Source of the DNA: an uncultured Acidobacteriaceae bacterium
GTDB lineage: Bacteria; Acidobacteriota; Terriglobia; Terriglobales; Acidobacteriaceae
Length of the DNA: 64,000 nt
Assembly (NCBI GenBank): GCA_963789875.1
Contig: CAWBMI010000002.1
Coordinates: forward strand, 549,360-613,359
Direction: 5' to 3'
Shown here: one piece after another, positions 49,526-59,439 of the stretch
Position numbering within the stretch: the stretch's first letter is position 1
Layout: each line of letters opens with the position of its first letter
The notes under the pieces: generated by a model
Database searches by the model: none
What the model was told of the DNA's origin: nothing
What the model saw: only the letters and a program-made list of their open reading frames with translations
Made by a program: the position numbers and the translations under genes

Positions 49526-52500
49526 TCAATCCGCGGGAAACTCCTGCGGAATGGGATTGCCGATCTTGTATTTTTCAAACCTCTGCGCCAGCCGGTCAAA
49601 CCACAAGTAAACCACCGGCGTGGTGTAGAGCGTAAGCAACTGGCTGAGAATCAGTCCGCCCACGATCGTGATACCCAGCGGACGCCGCAACTCTGCACCC
49701 GTCCCAGTTCCGAGCGCCAGGGGCAGACCGCCGAGTAGGGCTGCCATCGTGGTCATCATGATGGGGCGGAAGCGCAGAAGGCACGCTTGAAAGATCGCTT
49801 CCTCAGGCGGCTTGTGTTCTTCGCGCTCGGCCTCGAGCGCGAAATCGATCATCATGATGGCATTCTTCTTCACGATTCCTATCAGGAGGATGATGCCTAT
49901 CAACGCCACCACCGTTAGATCGTTGCCCGTAAGTTGCAGGGCCAGGATCGCACCCACGCCCGCCGACGGCAGCGTAGAGAGGATTGTGATGGGGTGAATG
50001 TAGCTCTCGTATAAGACTCCGAGCACGATGTACACGGTAATGATGGCGGCGAGAATAAGGAAAGGTTCACTCGAAAGCGAATTCTGAAACGCCGCAGCCG
50101 TGCCCTGGAACGAGGCGTGGATGCTGGCCGGCATTTGAATTTCTTTTTCCACTTGCTGAATGGCGCGCGTGGCGTCGCCCAGCGAACCTCCCGGCGCGAG
50201 ATTGAAGGAGAGCGTCACCACCGGAAATTGTCCCTGATGGTTCACCGCTAAGGGTGCGCTGCTTGAGTGCATGCGGATGAAAGATTTGATGGGAACCGGG
50301 GCGCCGCTGGTGGTGGCGGTGGCTGCATTCGCGGTGGGTGCACCGCTGGCGGGTGCAGCGCTGCTGGGCCGAATGTACACGTCGTTCATCGCGTCAGGCG
50401 ATTTGGCGAAATTCGGCATGACTTCCAGCACGACGTGATATTGATTCAACTGGGTGAAGATGATCGAAACCTCGCGCTGACCGAAGGCGTCGTAGAGCGT
50501 ATTGTCGATGGCTTGCGGCAGGATTCCCAGGCGCGAGGCGGTATCGCGGTCGATGGTGATATTAGTTCTAAGGCCGCCGTTGAGTTGATCGGTGGCGACG
50601 TCGCGCAGTTCGGGACGCTGGCGAAGTTTGTCGACGAGCTTTGGGGTCCATTGCGCGAGCTCCTGCGCGTCCGCATCTTCAATCGAATATTGAAACTGGG
50701 TGCGGCTCACGCGATCTTCCACGGTAAGGTCCTGCACCGGCTGCATGTAGAGCGTGATGCCATCCACTTTCGCCAGTTCCGGTTGTAAACGCCGAATGAT
50801 CGCCGAAGCGTCATCGCTGCGCTCATCGCGGGGCTTTAGGTTGATTTGAATGCGCCCGCTGTTGGGCGTGGTGTTGGTGCCGTCGACGCCGATGAAAGAG
50901 GAGAGGCTCTCAACATCTTTATCTTTGAGAATCACCTTCGCCAAATCTTGCTGGAGCCGCGACATGGCGGTGAAGGAGACATCGTCCGGCGCTTCGGAAA
51001 TTCCAAGAATCACGCCTGTGTCCTGAACCGGAAAGAATCCTTTAGGCACGACTACATAGAGAATCAGGGTTAAAACCAGAGTGCCGAAGGTTACGAGCAA
51101 CGTCACCGTCTGGTGCTTCAAAACCCATTTCACCGTGCGACCGTAAGCGGCGATCACCCGGTTGTAAAAGTCTTCTGTGACCTCGTAGAAGCGGCCCTTC
51201 TCGCCTTCTTTGCGGTGCTTGAGCAACTTGGCGCACATCATGGGTGTGAGCGTCAGAGAGACGCCCGCCGAAACGAGAATCGTCACTGCCAGCGTTACGG
51301 CAAACTCGCGGAAGAGGCGGCCAACGATGTCACCCATGAACAACAGGGGGATCAGCACCGCGATCAGCGACACGGTCAGCGAGACGATGGTGAAGCCAAT
51401 CTGCCCGGAGCCTTTGAGAGCGGCGTCCAGCGGCGAGTCTCCGGCTTCGAGATAGCGGTCGATGTTTTCGATCATGACGATGGCGTCGTCCACCACGAAG
51501 CCGGTGGAGATGGTCAACGCCATTAGTGTGAGATTGTTCAGGCTGTAGCCGAGCACGTACATCACGCCGAAGGTTCCCACGATCGAGAGCGGGACGGCGA
51601 CGCTGGGAATAAAAGTGGCGCGCAGGTTTCGTAGGAAGAAGAAAATGACGATGACCACCAGCACGATGGTTAACGCGAGTTCGAATTCGACATCTTTCAC
51701 CGAAGCGCGAATGGTGGTGGTGCGGTCGGTAAGGATCTGAACTTTCACGGCCGAGGGCAACGAGGCCTGCAACTGCGGCAGCAACTTTTTGATGCCGTCG
51801 ACGACGCTGATAATGTTTGCGCCCGGCTGGCGCTGGATGTTGACGATGACGGCGGGAGTCGTGTTCATCCAGGCCGCCAGCAGCGTGTTTTCCGTCCCGT
51901 CGATCACGTTGGCCACATCGCTCAGTCGCACTGGCGCGCCGTTCTTGTAAGCGATCACGATGGGCTTGTACTGCTCGCTGGAGAAGAGTTGATCGTTGGC
52001 ACCGATAGTGTAGGACTGGCGGGCGCCATCGATGACGCCCTTGGCTTGATCCACATTCGCCTCGGCCAGCGCGGTACGAACGTCTTCGAGGCCGAGACCG
52101 TAGGAAGCGAGCGCGGTGGGATTCACCTGCACGCGCACGGCGGGCTTCTGTCCGCCGCTGATCGAAACCAGTCCCACACCCGGCAATTGCGAGATTTTCT
52201 GCGCCAGAGCGGTGTCGGCGAGGTCTTCGACCTTCGACAGGGCAAGAGAATCAGAGGTCATGGCCAGCGTGAGAATGGGGGAGTCGGCAGGATTTACTTT
52301 GTTGTAAATCGGAGGATTCGGCAAGTCCAGCGGCAAAAACGTCGCCGACGCGTTGACTGCGGCCTGCACCTGCTGCTCTTCGACGTCAATATTTTGATCG
52401 AGGCCGAACTGCAGTGTGATCACCGAACTGCCAAACGAACTGGTCGAGGTCATCTGGCTCAATCCGGGGACTTGCCCGAACTGCCGCTCCAGCGGAGAAG

Positions 52501-52690
52501 TCACCGACGACGCCATCACGTCAGGGTCGGCGCCGGGATAAAACGTGACTACTTGAATGGTTGGATAATCGACTTCAGGGAGCGCGGAAACCGGCAACTG
52601 CAGAAACGCCACCCAGCCCACCAGCAGCACGCCCACCATTAATAGCGTGGTCGCTACGGGCCGGAGAATGAATAAGCGTGAAGGACTCAT
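49526..52690 (-). CDS. mdtB: RND multidrug efflux permease, MdtB-like
   Basis: 1054 aa, a paralog of the downstream RND gene. It overlaps the adaptor gene stop by 4 nt. Confidence 0.88.
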   Translation of the reverse strand: MSPSRLFILRPVATTLLMVGVLLVGWVAFLQLPVSALPEVDYPTIQVVTFYPGADPDVMASSVTSPLERQFGQVPGLSQMTSTSSFGSSVITLQFGLDQNIDVEEQQVQAAVNASATFLPLDLPNPPIYNKVNPADSPILTLAMTSDSLALSKVEDLADTALAQKISQLPGVGLVSISGGQKPAVRVQVNPTALASYGLGLEDVRTALAEANVDQAKGVIDGARQSYTIGANDQLFSSEQYKPIVIAYKNGAPVRLSDVANVIDGTENTLLAAWMNTTPAVIVNIQRQPGANIISVVDGIKKLLPQLQASLPSAVKVQILTDRTTTIRASVKDVEFELALTIVLVVIVIFFFLRNLRATFIPSVAVPLSIVGTFGVMYVLGYSLNNLTLMALTISTGFVVDDAIVMIENIDRYLEAGDSPLDAALKGSGQIGFTIVSLTVSLIAVLIPLLFMGDIVGRLFREFAVTLAVTILVSAGVSLTLTPMMCAKLLKHRKEGEKGRFYEVTEDFYNRVIAAYGRTVKWVLKHQTVTLLVTFGTLVLTLILYVVVPKGFFPVQDTGVILGISEAPDDVSFTAMSRLQQDLAKVILKDKDVESLSSFIGVDGTNTTPNSGRIQINLKPRDERSDDASAIIRRLQPELAKVDGITLYMQPVQDLTVEDRVSRTQFQYSIEDADAQELAQWTPKLVDKLRQRPELRDVATDQLNGGLRTNITIDRDTASRLGILPQAIDNTLYDAFGQREVSIIFTQLNQYHVVLEVMPNFAKSPDAMNDVYIRPSSAAPASGAPTANAATATTSGAPVPIKSFIRMHSSSAPLAVNHQGQFPVVTLSFNLAPGGSLGDATRAIQQVEKEIQMPASIHASFQGTAAAFQNSLSSEPFLILAAIITVYIVLGVLYESYIHPITILSTLPSAGVGAILALQLTGNDLTVVALIGIILLIGIVKKNAIMMIDFALEAEREEHKPPEEAIFQACLLRFRPIMMTTMAALLGGLPLALGTGTGAELRRPLGITIVGGLILSQLLTLYTTPVVYLWFDRLAQRFEKYKIGNPIPQEFPAD

Positions 52691-53874
52691 GAAGCTGGAA
52701 TTCCCGATATAGCGCCGCTGCTCTTTGATCCATTCGCGCTGCTGGGCGCGCCGTTGCGCGGCTCGATCTTGCTGCCGGTCTGCAGTTTGTCCTGGCCGTC
52801 AGTGACCACGGTGTCGCCGTTGGTTAGCCCGGCGGTGACCACTGTGGTATTGCCCTGGGTCAGGGAAATCGTGATGGGCCGCGCCTCAACCGTGTTATCG
52901 GGCTTCACAGCGTAAACAAAAGCGCCCTGCGGACCGCGCAATACCGCGGCCGTCGGCAGCACTGTGCTGTTTTTTCTGGTCTCGAGCAGCAGGCTGGCAT
53001 TCACAAACTGATTGGGCCACAGCCGATTATCTTTATTGTCGAAGACGGCCTTGAGCTTGGCTGTGCCCGTGGACTGATCGATCTGGTTGTCGATCGTCGT
53101 GAGTTTGCCGGTGGCCAGCTTGGTCTGATCATCGCGGCTGTAAGCATCGACCGTGAGCGTGGAGTTATTCATGTGCTGCGCCACGGAAGGCAGTTGATCT
53201 TCCGGCAGCGTAAAAATCACTGCGATCGGCTGCAGTTGGGTAAGGATGAGCATGGGATTGGTGTCGGCGGCATGCACGATGTTGCCGGGATCGACCTGGC
53301 GCAATCCGACTCTGCCGGTAAAGGGCGCCGTGATATTGCAATAGATAATTTGGAGCTTGGCGTTATCGATCTGCGCCTGGTCGGTTCGCACCTGGCCATC
53401 GAGTTGATCGACGAGCGACTTTTGCGTATCGACCTGCTGCTGAGCAATGCTTCCCGACGGAATCAGCGTGGTATAGCGCTCCAGATTTAGTTTTGCGTCA
53501 CGCAGCGTGGCCTGATCTTTGAAGAGCTGGGCATGCATCTGCTCCAGTTGAACTTCGTAGGGGCGGGGATCGATCACGATCAGCAAGTCGCCTTGCTTCA
53601 CCGTCTGCCCTTCGGCGAAGTTGACGCGCATAATCTGGCCATCGACTCGGCTCTTAATGTTGGCCGTGTAGAACGCCGTCACCGAGCCCAAGCCGACGAG
53701 ATAAACCGGTACATCCTGTTGTTGCACTTTGGCCACGGCTACGGAAACCGCGCGCGGCGCGGCCGCCTGGGCCTGCTGCTGTTTGGACTCAGAGGTGGTG
53801 CAGGCGGTGAGCGCTGAGAGCGCCATAACCGCGAGCAGAACAGCGGCCCGGGAGATTTGTTTAGGAAAAACCAT
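52687..53874 (-). CDS. mdtA: RND efflux periplasmic adaptor (membrane fusion protein), MdtA-like
   Basis: HlyD/MFP architecture. The start at ATG 53874 gives a lipoprotein signal ([25 protein letters not shown]). The ORF is open from 53946. Confidence 0.85.
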   Translation of the reverse strand: MVFPKQISRAAVLLAVMALSALTACTTSESKQQQAQAAAPRAVSVAVAKVQQQDVPVYLVGLGSVTAFYTANIKSRVDGQIMRVNFAEGQTVKQGDLLIVIDPRPYEVQLEQMHAQLFKDQATLRDAKLNLERYTTLIPSGSIAQQQVDTQKSLVDQLDGQVRTDQAQIDNAKLQIIYCNITAPFTGRVGLRQVDPGNIVHAADTNPMLILTQLQPIAVIFTLPEDQLPSVAQHMNNSTLTVDAYSRDDQTKLATGKLTTIDNQIDQSTGTAKLKAVFDNKDNRLWPNQFVNASLLLETRKNSTVLPTAAVLRGPQGAFVYAVKPDNTVEARPITISLTQGNTTVVTAGLTNGDTVVTDGQDKLQTGSKIEPRNGAPSSANGSKSSGAISGIPAS

Positions 53875-54152
53875 ATGAGTTTTATTCACGGTTTTATAGA
53901 GAATAGAGACATGAGCTTTCACACGAACCGGCAACGGACCTGCCATTGGTTAGACGTATTCATTTTCCATTCGGTTGCGAAACTCCGGCCGGGAACAGCA
54001 GCTTTTCTGGCCATCTCCTTCTGGAGGGTCAGGCAGGAACCGAAACGCAGACGTAATAGTAATGCCCTACAAAACCAGCATCAACTGCGGCGCGGCGCAG
54101 GTCAAGGCCGGGGCGAAGATTTTACAAATCTTTACTCGCTTTGACCGTACGT

Positions 54153-54770
54153 TTACGGTGATGCGGCACGAAGCGCTGCGGACGCGGGATGCAGCGCTTC
54201 GTAGGCGGAAATCTCGGCCACGTGTTGCAGAGTGAGACCAATATCGTCGAGCCCATTCAGCAGGCAGTGACGCACGAATTCATCGACGGTGAACTTCGCG
54301 AGAAAGCCCTGGTCGTCACGAACCTCGCAGCGCTCCAGATCGATGCTGAGCTCATAGTTGGGGATTTGGCTGGGACGCTTCAGGAGTTCCGCAACTTCAT
54401 CGTCGCTCAGGCACACGGTCAGGAATCCATTCTTCGCGCTGTTGTTAGCAAAGATGTCGGCGAAGGAAGAAGAGATCACGGCGCGAAAGCCGAAGTCCGC
54501 TAGCGCCCATACCGCGTGCTCGCGGGAAGATCCGCAGCCAAAATTTTTACCCGCGACCAGAATGCTTGCCCCCTGGTAGCGCGGTTCATCAAGAATAAAG
54601 CCGGCGTTCTTTTTTCCATCGACGGAGAAGCGCCAGTCGTAAAAAAGAAACTGGCCGAAGCCGGTGCGTTCGATCCGCTTCAGAAATTGTTTGGGGATGA
54701 TCTGATCCGTATCGACGTTGACCCGGTCGAGCGGAGCCACGAGGCCGCGATGTTTGCGAAATGCTTTCAT
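54153..54770 (-). CDS. leuD: 3-isopropylmalate dehydratase small subunit
   Basis: 205 aa with LeuD motifs (VDTDQIIPKQFL, NFGCGSSREHA). Confidence 0.95.
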   Translation of the reverse strand: MKAFRKHRGLVAPLDRVNVDTDQIIPKQFLKRIERTGFGQFLFYDWRFSVDGKKNAGFILDEPRYQGASILVAGKNFGCGSSREHAVWALADFGFRAVISSSFADIFANNSAKNGFLTVCLSDDEVAELLKRPSQIPNYELSIDLERCEVRDDQGFLAKFTVDEFVRHCLLNGLDDIGLTLQHVAEISAYEALHPASAALRAASP

Positions 54771-54801
54771 GCAGTTTCTTTGTACGTTAGTTTTCCGACA
54801 T

Positions 54802-56211
54802 TCACTTATAGTCCCATTCGCGAATATCGGTGAAATGCCCGGTAATCGCGGCTGCCGCGGCCATCATGGGGCTCACCAGGTGCGTACGTCCGCCGCGGCC
54901 CTGGCGTCCTTCAAAATTTCTATTGCTGGTGGAGGCGCAGCGCTCGCCGGGCTGCAAAATATCGGGATTCATGCCCAGACACATCGAGCATCCCGACTCG
55001 CGCCATTCGAAGCCGGCATCGAGAAAAATCTGATGGAGTCCTTCTTGCTCGGCGGCGCGCTTTACCGTTTGCGATCCGGGCACGACCATGGCGCGCACCT
55101 TCGAGCTCACGTGATGGCCTTTCGCCACGCGAGCGGCAGCACGCAAGTCTTCCAGCCGCGAATTCGTACAGGAGCCGATGAATACACGGTCGATGCCAAT
55201 TTCTTCGATGCGCGTGCCCGGCTCGAGGCCCATGTATTGCAAGGCGAGTTCGGTGGCGCGTCGATCGGAATCCGCAAGCTTCGCAGTTTCGGGTACTCGA
55301 CCAGTAACCGAAACGACCATGCCGGGGTTCGTGCCCCAGGTTACAAAAGGAGAAAGCTGCGCGGCATCGATCTCGATCACTTTGTCGAACTGCGCGCCGT
55401 CGTCGCTAGGCAGGCTGCGCCAGCGTTCGATCGCCCGCTCCCATTCTTCATTCTGCGGGGCAAAGCGCCTGCCTTTTACGTAAGCGAACGTGGTTTCGTC
55501 TGGCGCGACCATGCCGGCGCGAGCACCGGACTCGATGCTCATGTTGCACAGAGTCATGCGGCCTTCCATCGAGAGCGCGCGCACGGCTTCGCCGCAGTAT
55601 TCGATTACGTGTCCGGTTGCGCCGTCGGTGCCGATCCGGCCGATGATTCCGAGCGCGAGATCTTTTGCGGTCACGCCTTCCGCGAGCTTTCCACGCACAT
55701 CGATCTTCATCGTCTTCGGCTTCTGCTGGGGCAGGCATTGCGTGGCCAGAACGTGTTCGACTTCTGACGTTCCGATGCCGAAGGCGAGCGCGCCGAAGGC
55801 GCCGTGCGTGCTGGTGTGGCTGTCGCCGCAGACCATCGTCATACCCGGCTGCGTGAGCCCGAGTTCGGGGCCGATCACGTGCACGATGCCCTGGTCGGGC
55901 GAATCCATGTCGAAGAGGCGGACACCGAATTCTCTGCAATTTTTCTGCAGAGCCTCGATCTGCCGCGCTGCGATCATGTCGGTTATCGGGGTGCCTCGAG
56001 GTTCGGTGGGAATGTTGTGATCAACAGTAGCGACGGTGCGCGCTGGCTGACGGACTTTTCTTCCCGCGGCTCGCAGTCCGTCGAAAGCCTGGGGCGAAGT
56101 TACTTCGTGCACTAAATGCAAATCGACGTAGAGGATCGGCGACCGGCCGGCAGGCTGCGCGACCATGTGCGCCTGCCAAATTTTGTCGAAGAGTGTGCGC
56201 CTTGTTGACAT
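54802..56211 (-). CDS. leuC: 3-isopropylmalate dehydratase large subunit
   Basis: 469 aa with aconitase-family motifs ([40 protein letters not shown]). Confidence 0.95.
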   Translation of the reverse strand: MSTRRTLFDKIWQAHMVAQPAGRSPILYVDLHLVHEVTSPQAFDGLRAAGRKVRQPARTVATVDHNIPTEPRGTPITDMIAARQIEALQKNCREFGVRLFDMDSPDQGIVHVIGPELGLTQPGMTMVCGDSHTSTHGAFGALAFGIGTSEVEHVLATQCLPQQKPKTMKIDVRGKLAEGVTAKDLALGIIGRIGTDGATGHVIEYCGEAVRALSMEGRMTLCNMSIESGARAGMVAPDETTFAYVKGRRFAPQNEEWERAIERWRSLPSDDGAQFDKVIEIDAAQLSPFVTWGTNPGMVVSVTGRVPETAKLADSDRRATELALQYMGLEPGTRIEEIGIDRVFIGSCTNSRLEDLRAAARVAKGHHVSSKVRAMVVPGSQTVKRAAEQEGLHQIFLDAGFEWRESGCSMCLGMNPDILQPGERCASTSNRNFEGRQGRGGRTHLVSPMMAAAAAITGHFTDIREWDYK

Positions 56212-56318
56212 AGCTCGCGGTTCGCCTGCAGCGAAGAGGATATTTCAGTTTTTCACAGAGCAACAGAACGGAGCAAGCGCTGGAGTAGTATTCTTGCGAA
56301 GTAGTAGCGTGCCCCCCT

Positions 56319-56545
56319 GGCGCGAGGTAGTGGGTATGTACCTTTTCCACGGGGATGGTAATCGGGTCGGCTCTGTGGGAAACTTGTGTTGTGCCCAAAG
56401 CAAATCTTCGCGCGGTGTCCTCATCTCCGCGCTGCCCACCGCCGCCAATGGGATGCAGAGCGAGTGAAAAAGGCCAAGCGTTAGGGCTGCCAGCCGAGCT
56501 AAGAGTGCCGTAAAATGACCAACAGCTGACCCACTACCTGGCGCG
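56319..56545. repeat. inverted-repeat-bounded 215-bp element (candidate structured RNA or MITE-like insert)
   Basis: AGGTAGTGGG (56325-56334) and its exact reverse complement CCCACTACCT (56530-56539) are each flanked on the outside by GGCGCG (56319-56324 and 56540-56545). Read as one inverted repeat, the arms match at 14 of 16 positions. Confidence 0.4.
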
Positions 56546-56658
56546 ACTATCGCTTGACTCGCGTCTCCTCTAGTGACAGAATCTTTTCCCGTGGCTCGTC
56601 CGTTGGGCGAGTACTCGTCTTAGCGTTTGACTCCACAAAGTTTGGGAAGGAAACGTCG

Positions 56659-57429
56659 ATGTCCAAGGCAGTTGGCGCTAACTCCCCGCGCGTTCGACAA
56701 ATAGCTAAGATCAATCCGAAGCTCGATAGGAGCCTCACCGCTTACATGGTCGCCGCCGCCGGTGCAGCCGGAGTATCGATCGCAGTTGCGCAGTCTGCGG
56801 AAGCCAAAATCGTTTACACCCCAAAGCAAATAACAATCGCGCCGCGGACCGCGCTGCCCTTGGATCTGAATAACGACGGGGTCAATGACTTCGTAATCAG
56901 CAATTGGCAATATGACCAAGTCTCTCACTTGTCAGTCATTCACCAAGCGTCGGCGAATGGAGTGATGTCGAAGGATCAGAGGCTCGGCCCGGCTGCCGAC
57001 CTAGCCTTCGGAGTGCAAATCGGCCCCAATCGATTCTTCGAGGGCGTCGGATCCATGGCTACGGAGGGATCTCAGTCTGGCACAGTCTTTTTCTCTGGTG
57101 GCCCCTGGAAAAACGCTCACGAGCGCTATCTCGGGCTGAAGTTTTCGTTGAATGGCGAGACGCACTATGGCTGGGCGCGAATGACGGTGACGGCCAAAGG
57201 CGGCATCGCCGCTACTCTTACCGGCTACGCTTACGAAACCGCGCCTAACAAACCAATCAGTGCTGGAAAAACTTCTGGGTCAAATGACACCAGCGCAGGC
57301 AATCCGGACGAAGCACTTGCTCCCAATCCTTCTCCTGGATCGGCAACGCTGGGTATGCTTGCAGGGGGCGCAGACCGCCTGGCAATTTGGCGGCGGGACG
57401 ATGACCTTGCCCAAGTGGCCTACCACTAA
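56659..57429 (+). CDS. hypothetical exported protein with FG-GAP-like motif and C-terminal sorting-signal-like tail
   Basis: ATG 56659 is preceded by GGAAGGAAA. It has a signal/TM segment (LTAYMVAAAGAAGVSIAVAQSAEA), an LDLNNDGVNDFVISN motif and the C-terminus PSPGSATLGMLAGGADRLAIWRRDDD. Confidence 0.6.
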   Translation: MSKAVGANSPRVRQIAKINPKLDRSLTAYMVAAAGAAGVSIAVAQSAEAKIVYTPKQITIAPRTALPLDLNNDGVNDFVISNWQYDQVSHLSVIHQASANGVMSKDQRLGPAADLAFGVQIGPNRFFEGVGSMATEGSQSGTVFFSGGPWKNAHERYLGLKFSLNGETHYGWARMTVTAKGGIAATLTGYAYETAPNKPISAGKTSGSNDTSAGNPDEALAPNPSPGSATLGMLAGGADRLAIWRRDDDLAQVAYH

Positions 57430-57523
57430 ATTGGGCGAGAAGGCACACTGAGAGATTCAGGCTGCTGTCACGATCCGCTTCGGGTAAACTGAAGGCTAAT
57501 CCGAAAATGCTCCTCCCGTTTTC

Positions 57524-58324
57524 ATGATTAACGGCAAGCGCATCGCGGTGGTGATGCCCGCTTACAATGCGGAGAAAACCCTTGAAGCTACGGTAGGCGA
57601 ACTTCCGGAGCTGGTGGATATCCGCATTCTAGTGGATGACAACAGCTCCGATTGCACAGTGGAGCTTGCGCGTCGTTTGGGGTTGCTCGTTTTTCAGCAC
57701 GACCGTAACTACGGGTACGGGCGGAATCAGCAGACCTGCTACCGCGAGGCTTTGGCTGCGGGGGCCGACGTGGTCATCATGCTGCACCCGGATTATCAGT
57801 ACACTCCGCACCTGGTCACGGCTATGGCGAGCATGGTGGCTTATTGCGTCTACGACGTGGTGCTGGGGTCGCGCATTATCGGTGGAGCAGCCCTGCGCGG
57901 CGGCATGCCAGTGTACAAATATATTTCCAACCGGCTGCTGACGGCATTCGAAAATCTGTTTCTGCGGGTGAAGCTCTCCGAATATCACACCGGCTACCGC
58001 GCCTTCAGCCGCAGTGTTCTTTCCCAACTTCCGCTTCTCGAAAACTCCGACGATTTCGTCTTCGACAATCAGATGCTGGCGCAATGCGTCCACTTCGGCT
58101 TTCGCATTGGTGAAGTCTCTTGTCCTACGAAGTACTTTGCGGAAGCTTCCTCAATCAACTTCCGCCGCAGCGTGAAGTACGGACTCGGCGTGGTGGCTAC
58201 GACTTTGCAATTTGCGCTGCAGAGGGCTGGATTGATCCATTTGCCGCGCTTCAGCGATCAGGGACGCAAACTCGAGCCCGGCTATCCCACTTACTACGCC
58301 AGCAGAACTGCCCGTTCAGCCTAG
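57524..58324 (+). CDS. glycosyltransferase family 2 (dolichyl/polyprenyl-phosphate sugar synthase-like)
   Basis: It has the GT2 N-terminus [18 protein letters not shown]...ILVDDNSSD and a DxD-like motif. Confidence 0.9.
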   Translation: MINGKRIAVVMPAYNAEKTLEATVGELPELVDIRILVDDNSSDCTVELARRLGLLVFQHDRNYGYGRNQQTCYREALAAGADVVIMLHPDYQYTPHLVTAMASMVAYCVYDVVLGSRIIGGAALRGGMPVYKYISNRLLTAFENLFLRVKLSEYHTGYRAFSRSVLSQLPLLENSDDFVFDNQMLAQCVHFGFRIGEVSCPTKYFAEASSINFRRSVKYGLGVVATTLQFALQRAGLIHLPRFSDQGRKLEPGYPTYYASRTARSA

Positions 58325-58366
58325 GATTCTTACACCGACCATCCGATCTGCGCTGCTACAGAACTC

Positions 58367-59299
58367 CTACTTGGCCGCGTCTCTGTGAAGATGATTCGGC
58401 AGCAGGAATATCCGCTGGTGCGGATAATCGAAGGTCACGGTAAAGCGGCTGAGAACTTCTCCGCCCAGCATACGCATAGTATCCTCGGTGCCCCCACAGC
58501 ATTCAATCGACAGGTCGCGTATCAGGTAGGGGCCAAGGCGAAATCCCCACAACTTAGCGACGTTCCCTGTCGAAGGCGTTCCGAGGCCGACTCCGGCCGT
58601 GGTCGGCTGACGGGATTGCATGCTATTGGCGATGGGATGGTCGACAGCATCGCCGGATCCAGAATCGATAAAGAATCTATCCTGCAACGTAACGTCCGCG
58701 CTCGGCTTCAGTTCACCGGCAACAAAAGAAAACTTATTGCGAATTTCGAGAGGCAACGGTTCTGTGCCTTCGGGCGGCACAAACTTGTCTGGCGCCGTGA
58801 TCGTGACTCTTTCGTGTTCATAGTCGATCATCACTACATATCGTGCCAGAAGCGGATAGCCGAGCAAGCCGTCCATGGTCGGGCTGCCCTCATGATTCAC
58901 CGGTGAGAGGTCGACAGAGGACGCCTGATCAAAATACAGATCCAATCCAGGCAAGCGGACAGCGAGGTCGTCGATCGCCTGCAAGGGCACGCGTCCGGAG
59001 CCAGCGCCTTGTATGGTGTCGCCAGACACGCGCGCTTGCAGGCCCAGATCCTTCACTTTTCCAGTATTTACCAAAGTCCGGCTGGAACCGCTGTCGAGCA
59101 CAAATTGCACATGATGGCCATTAATCTCAACTGGGATATAAACGAGCCGGTCGTGGATCTGAACGGAAAATGTCGTCGAGGACCTGCCGGAATCGAAGCG
59201 GTCGGAAGGATGGTCGACGGCCCATGCGGAAATTGCGAAACAAAATACCGCAGCCATTACAAAACGACTCGGGTTTGTCATGTTTTCTTTAGACCACAC
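58367..59299 (-). CDS. secreted retropepsin-like aspartic protease (two DSG motifs)
   Basis: The signal peptide is FVMAAVFCFAISAWA. Two Asp-protease signatures are present, FVLDSGSSRTLVN and FFIDSGSGDAV. The start is 59299 (GTG) or ATG 59281. Confidence 0.75.
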   Translation of the reverse strand: MWSKENMTNPSRFVMAAVFCFAISAWAVDHPSDRFDSGRSSTTFSVQIHDRLVYIPVEINGHHVQFVLDSGSSRTLVNTGKVKDLGLQARVSGDTIQGAGSGRVPLQAIDDLAVRLPGLDLYFDQASSVDLSPVNHEGSPTMDGLLGYPLLARYVVMIDYEHERVTITAPDKFVPPEGTEPLPLEIRNKFSFVAGELKPSADVTLQDRFFIDSGSGDAVDHPIANSMQSRQPTTAGVGLGTPSTGNVAKLWGFRLGPYLIRDLSIECCGGTEDTMRMLGGEVLSRFTVTFDYPHQRIFLLPNHLHRDAAK

Positions 59300-59439
59300 A
59301 AGGTTGCTGTGGTTAGCGCCGGTCGCTACTGCCTGGAAAAAACAAGCCTGTATTCCAGCGGTGAAACGTTTTCATTCTTCCTGACACTATCCTCACAGCG
59401 GCTTACCCCCCTCCCGCAGTTCGATAAGGAGACAATCCA

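Noticed and set aside
54718-55767. A 349-aa plus-strand ORF antisense to leuC.
   Set aside because: Same reasoning as above: leuC is unambiguous on the minus strand, and the antisense product is Arg/Ala/Gly-rich with no motifs.
56245-56448. A minus-strand 67-aa ORF upstream of leuC containing Leu-Leu-Leu (CTA CTA CTT), considered as a leucine attenuator leader peptide.
   Set aside because: It has only three Leu codons and is far longer than known leader peptides. I found no SD and no obvious alternative terminator/antiterminator pair ending in a T-tract.
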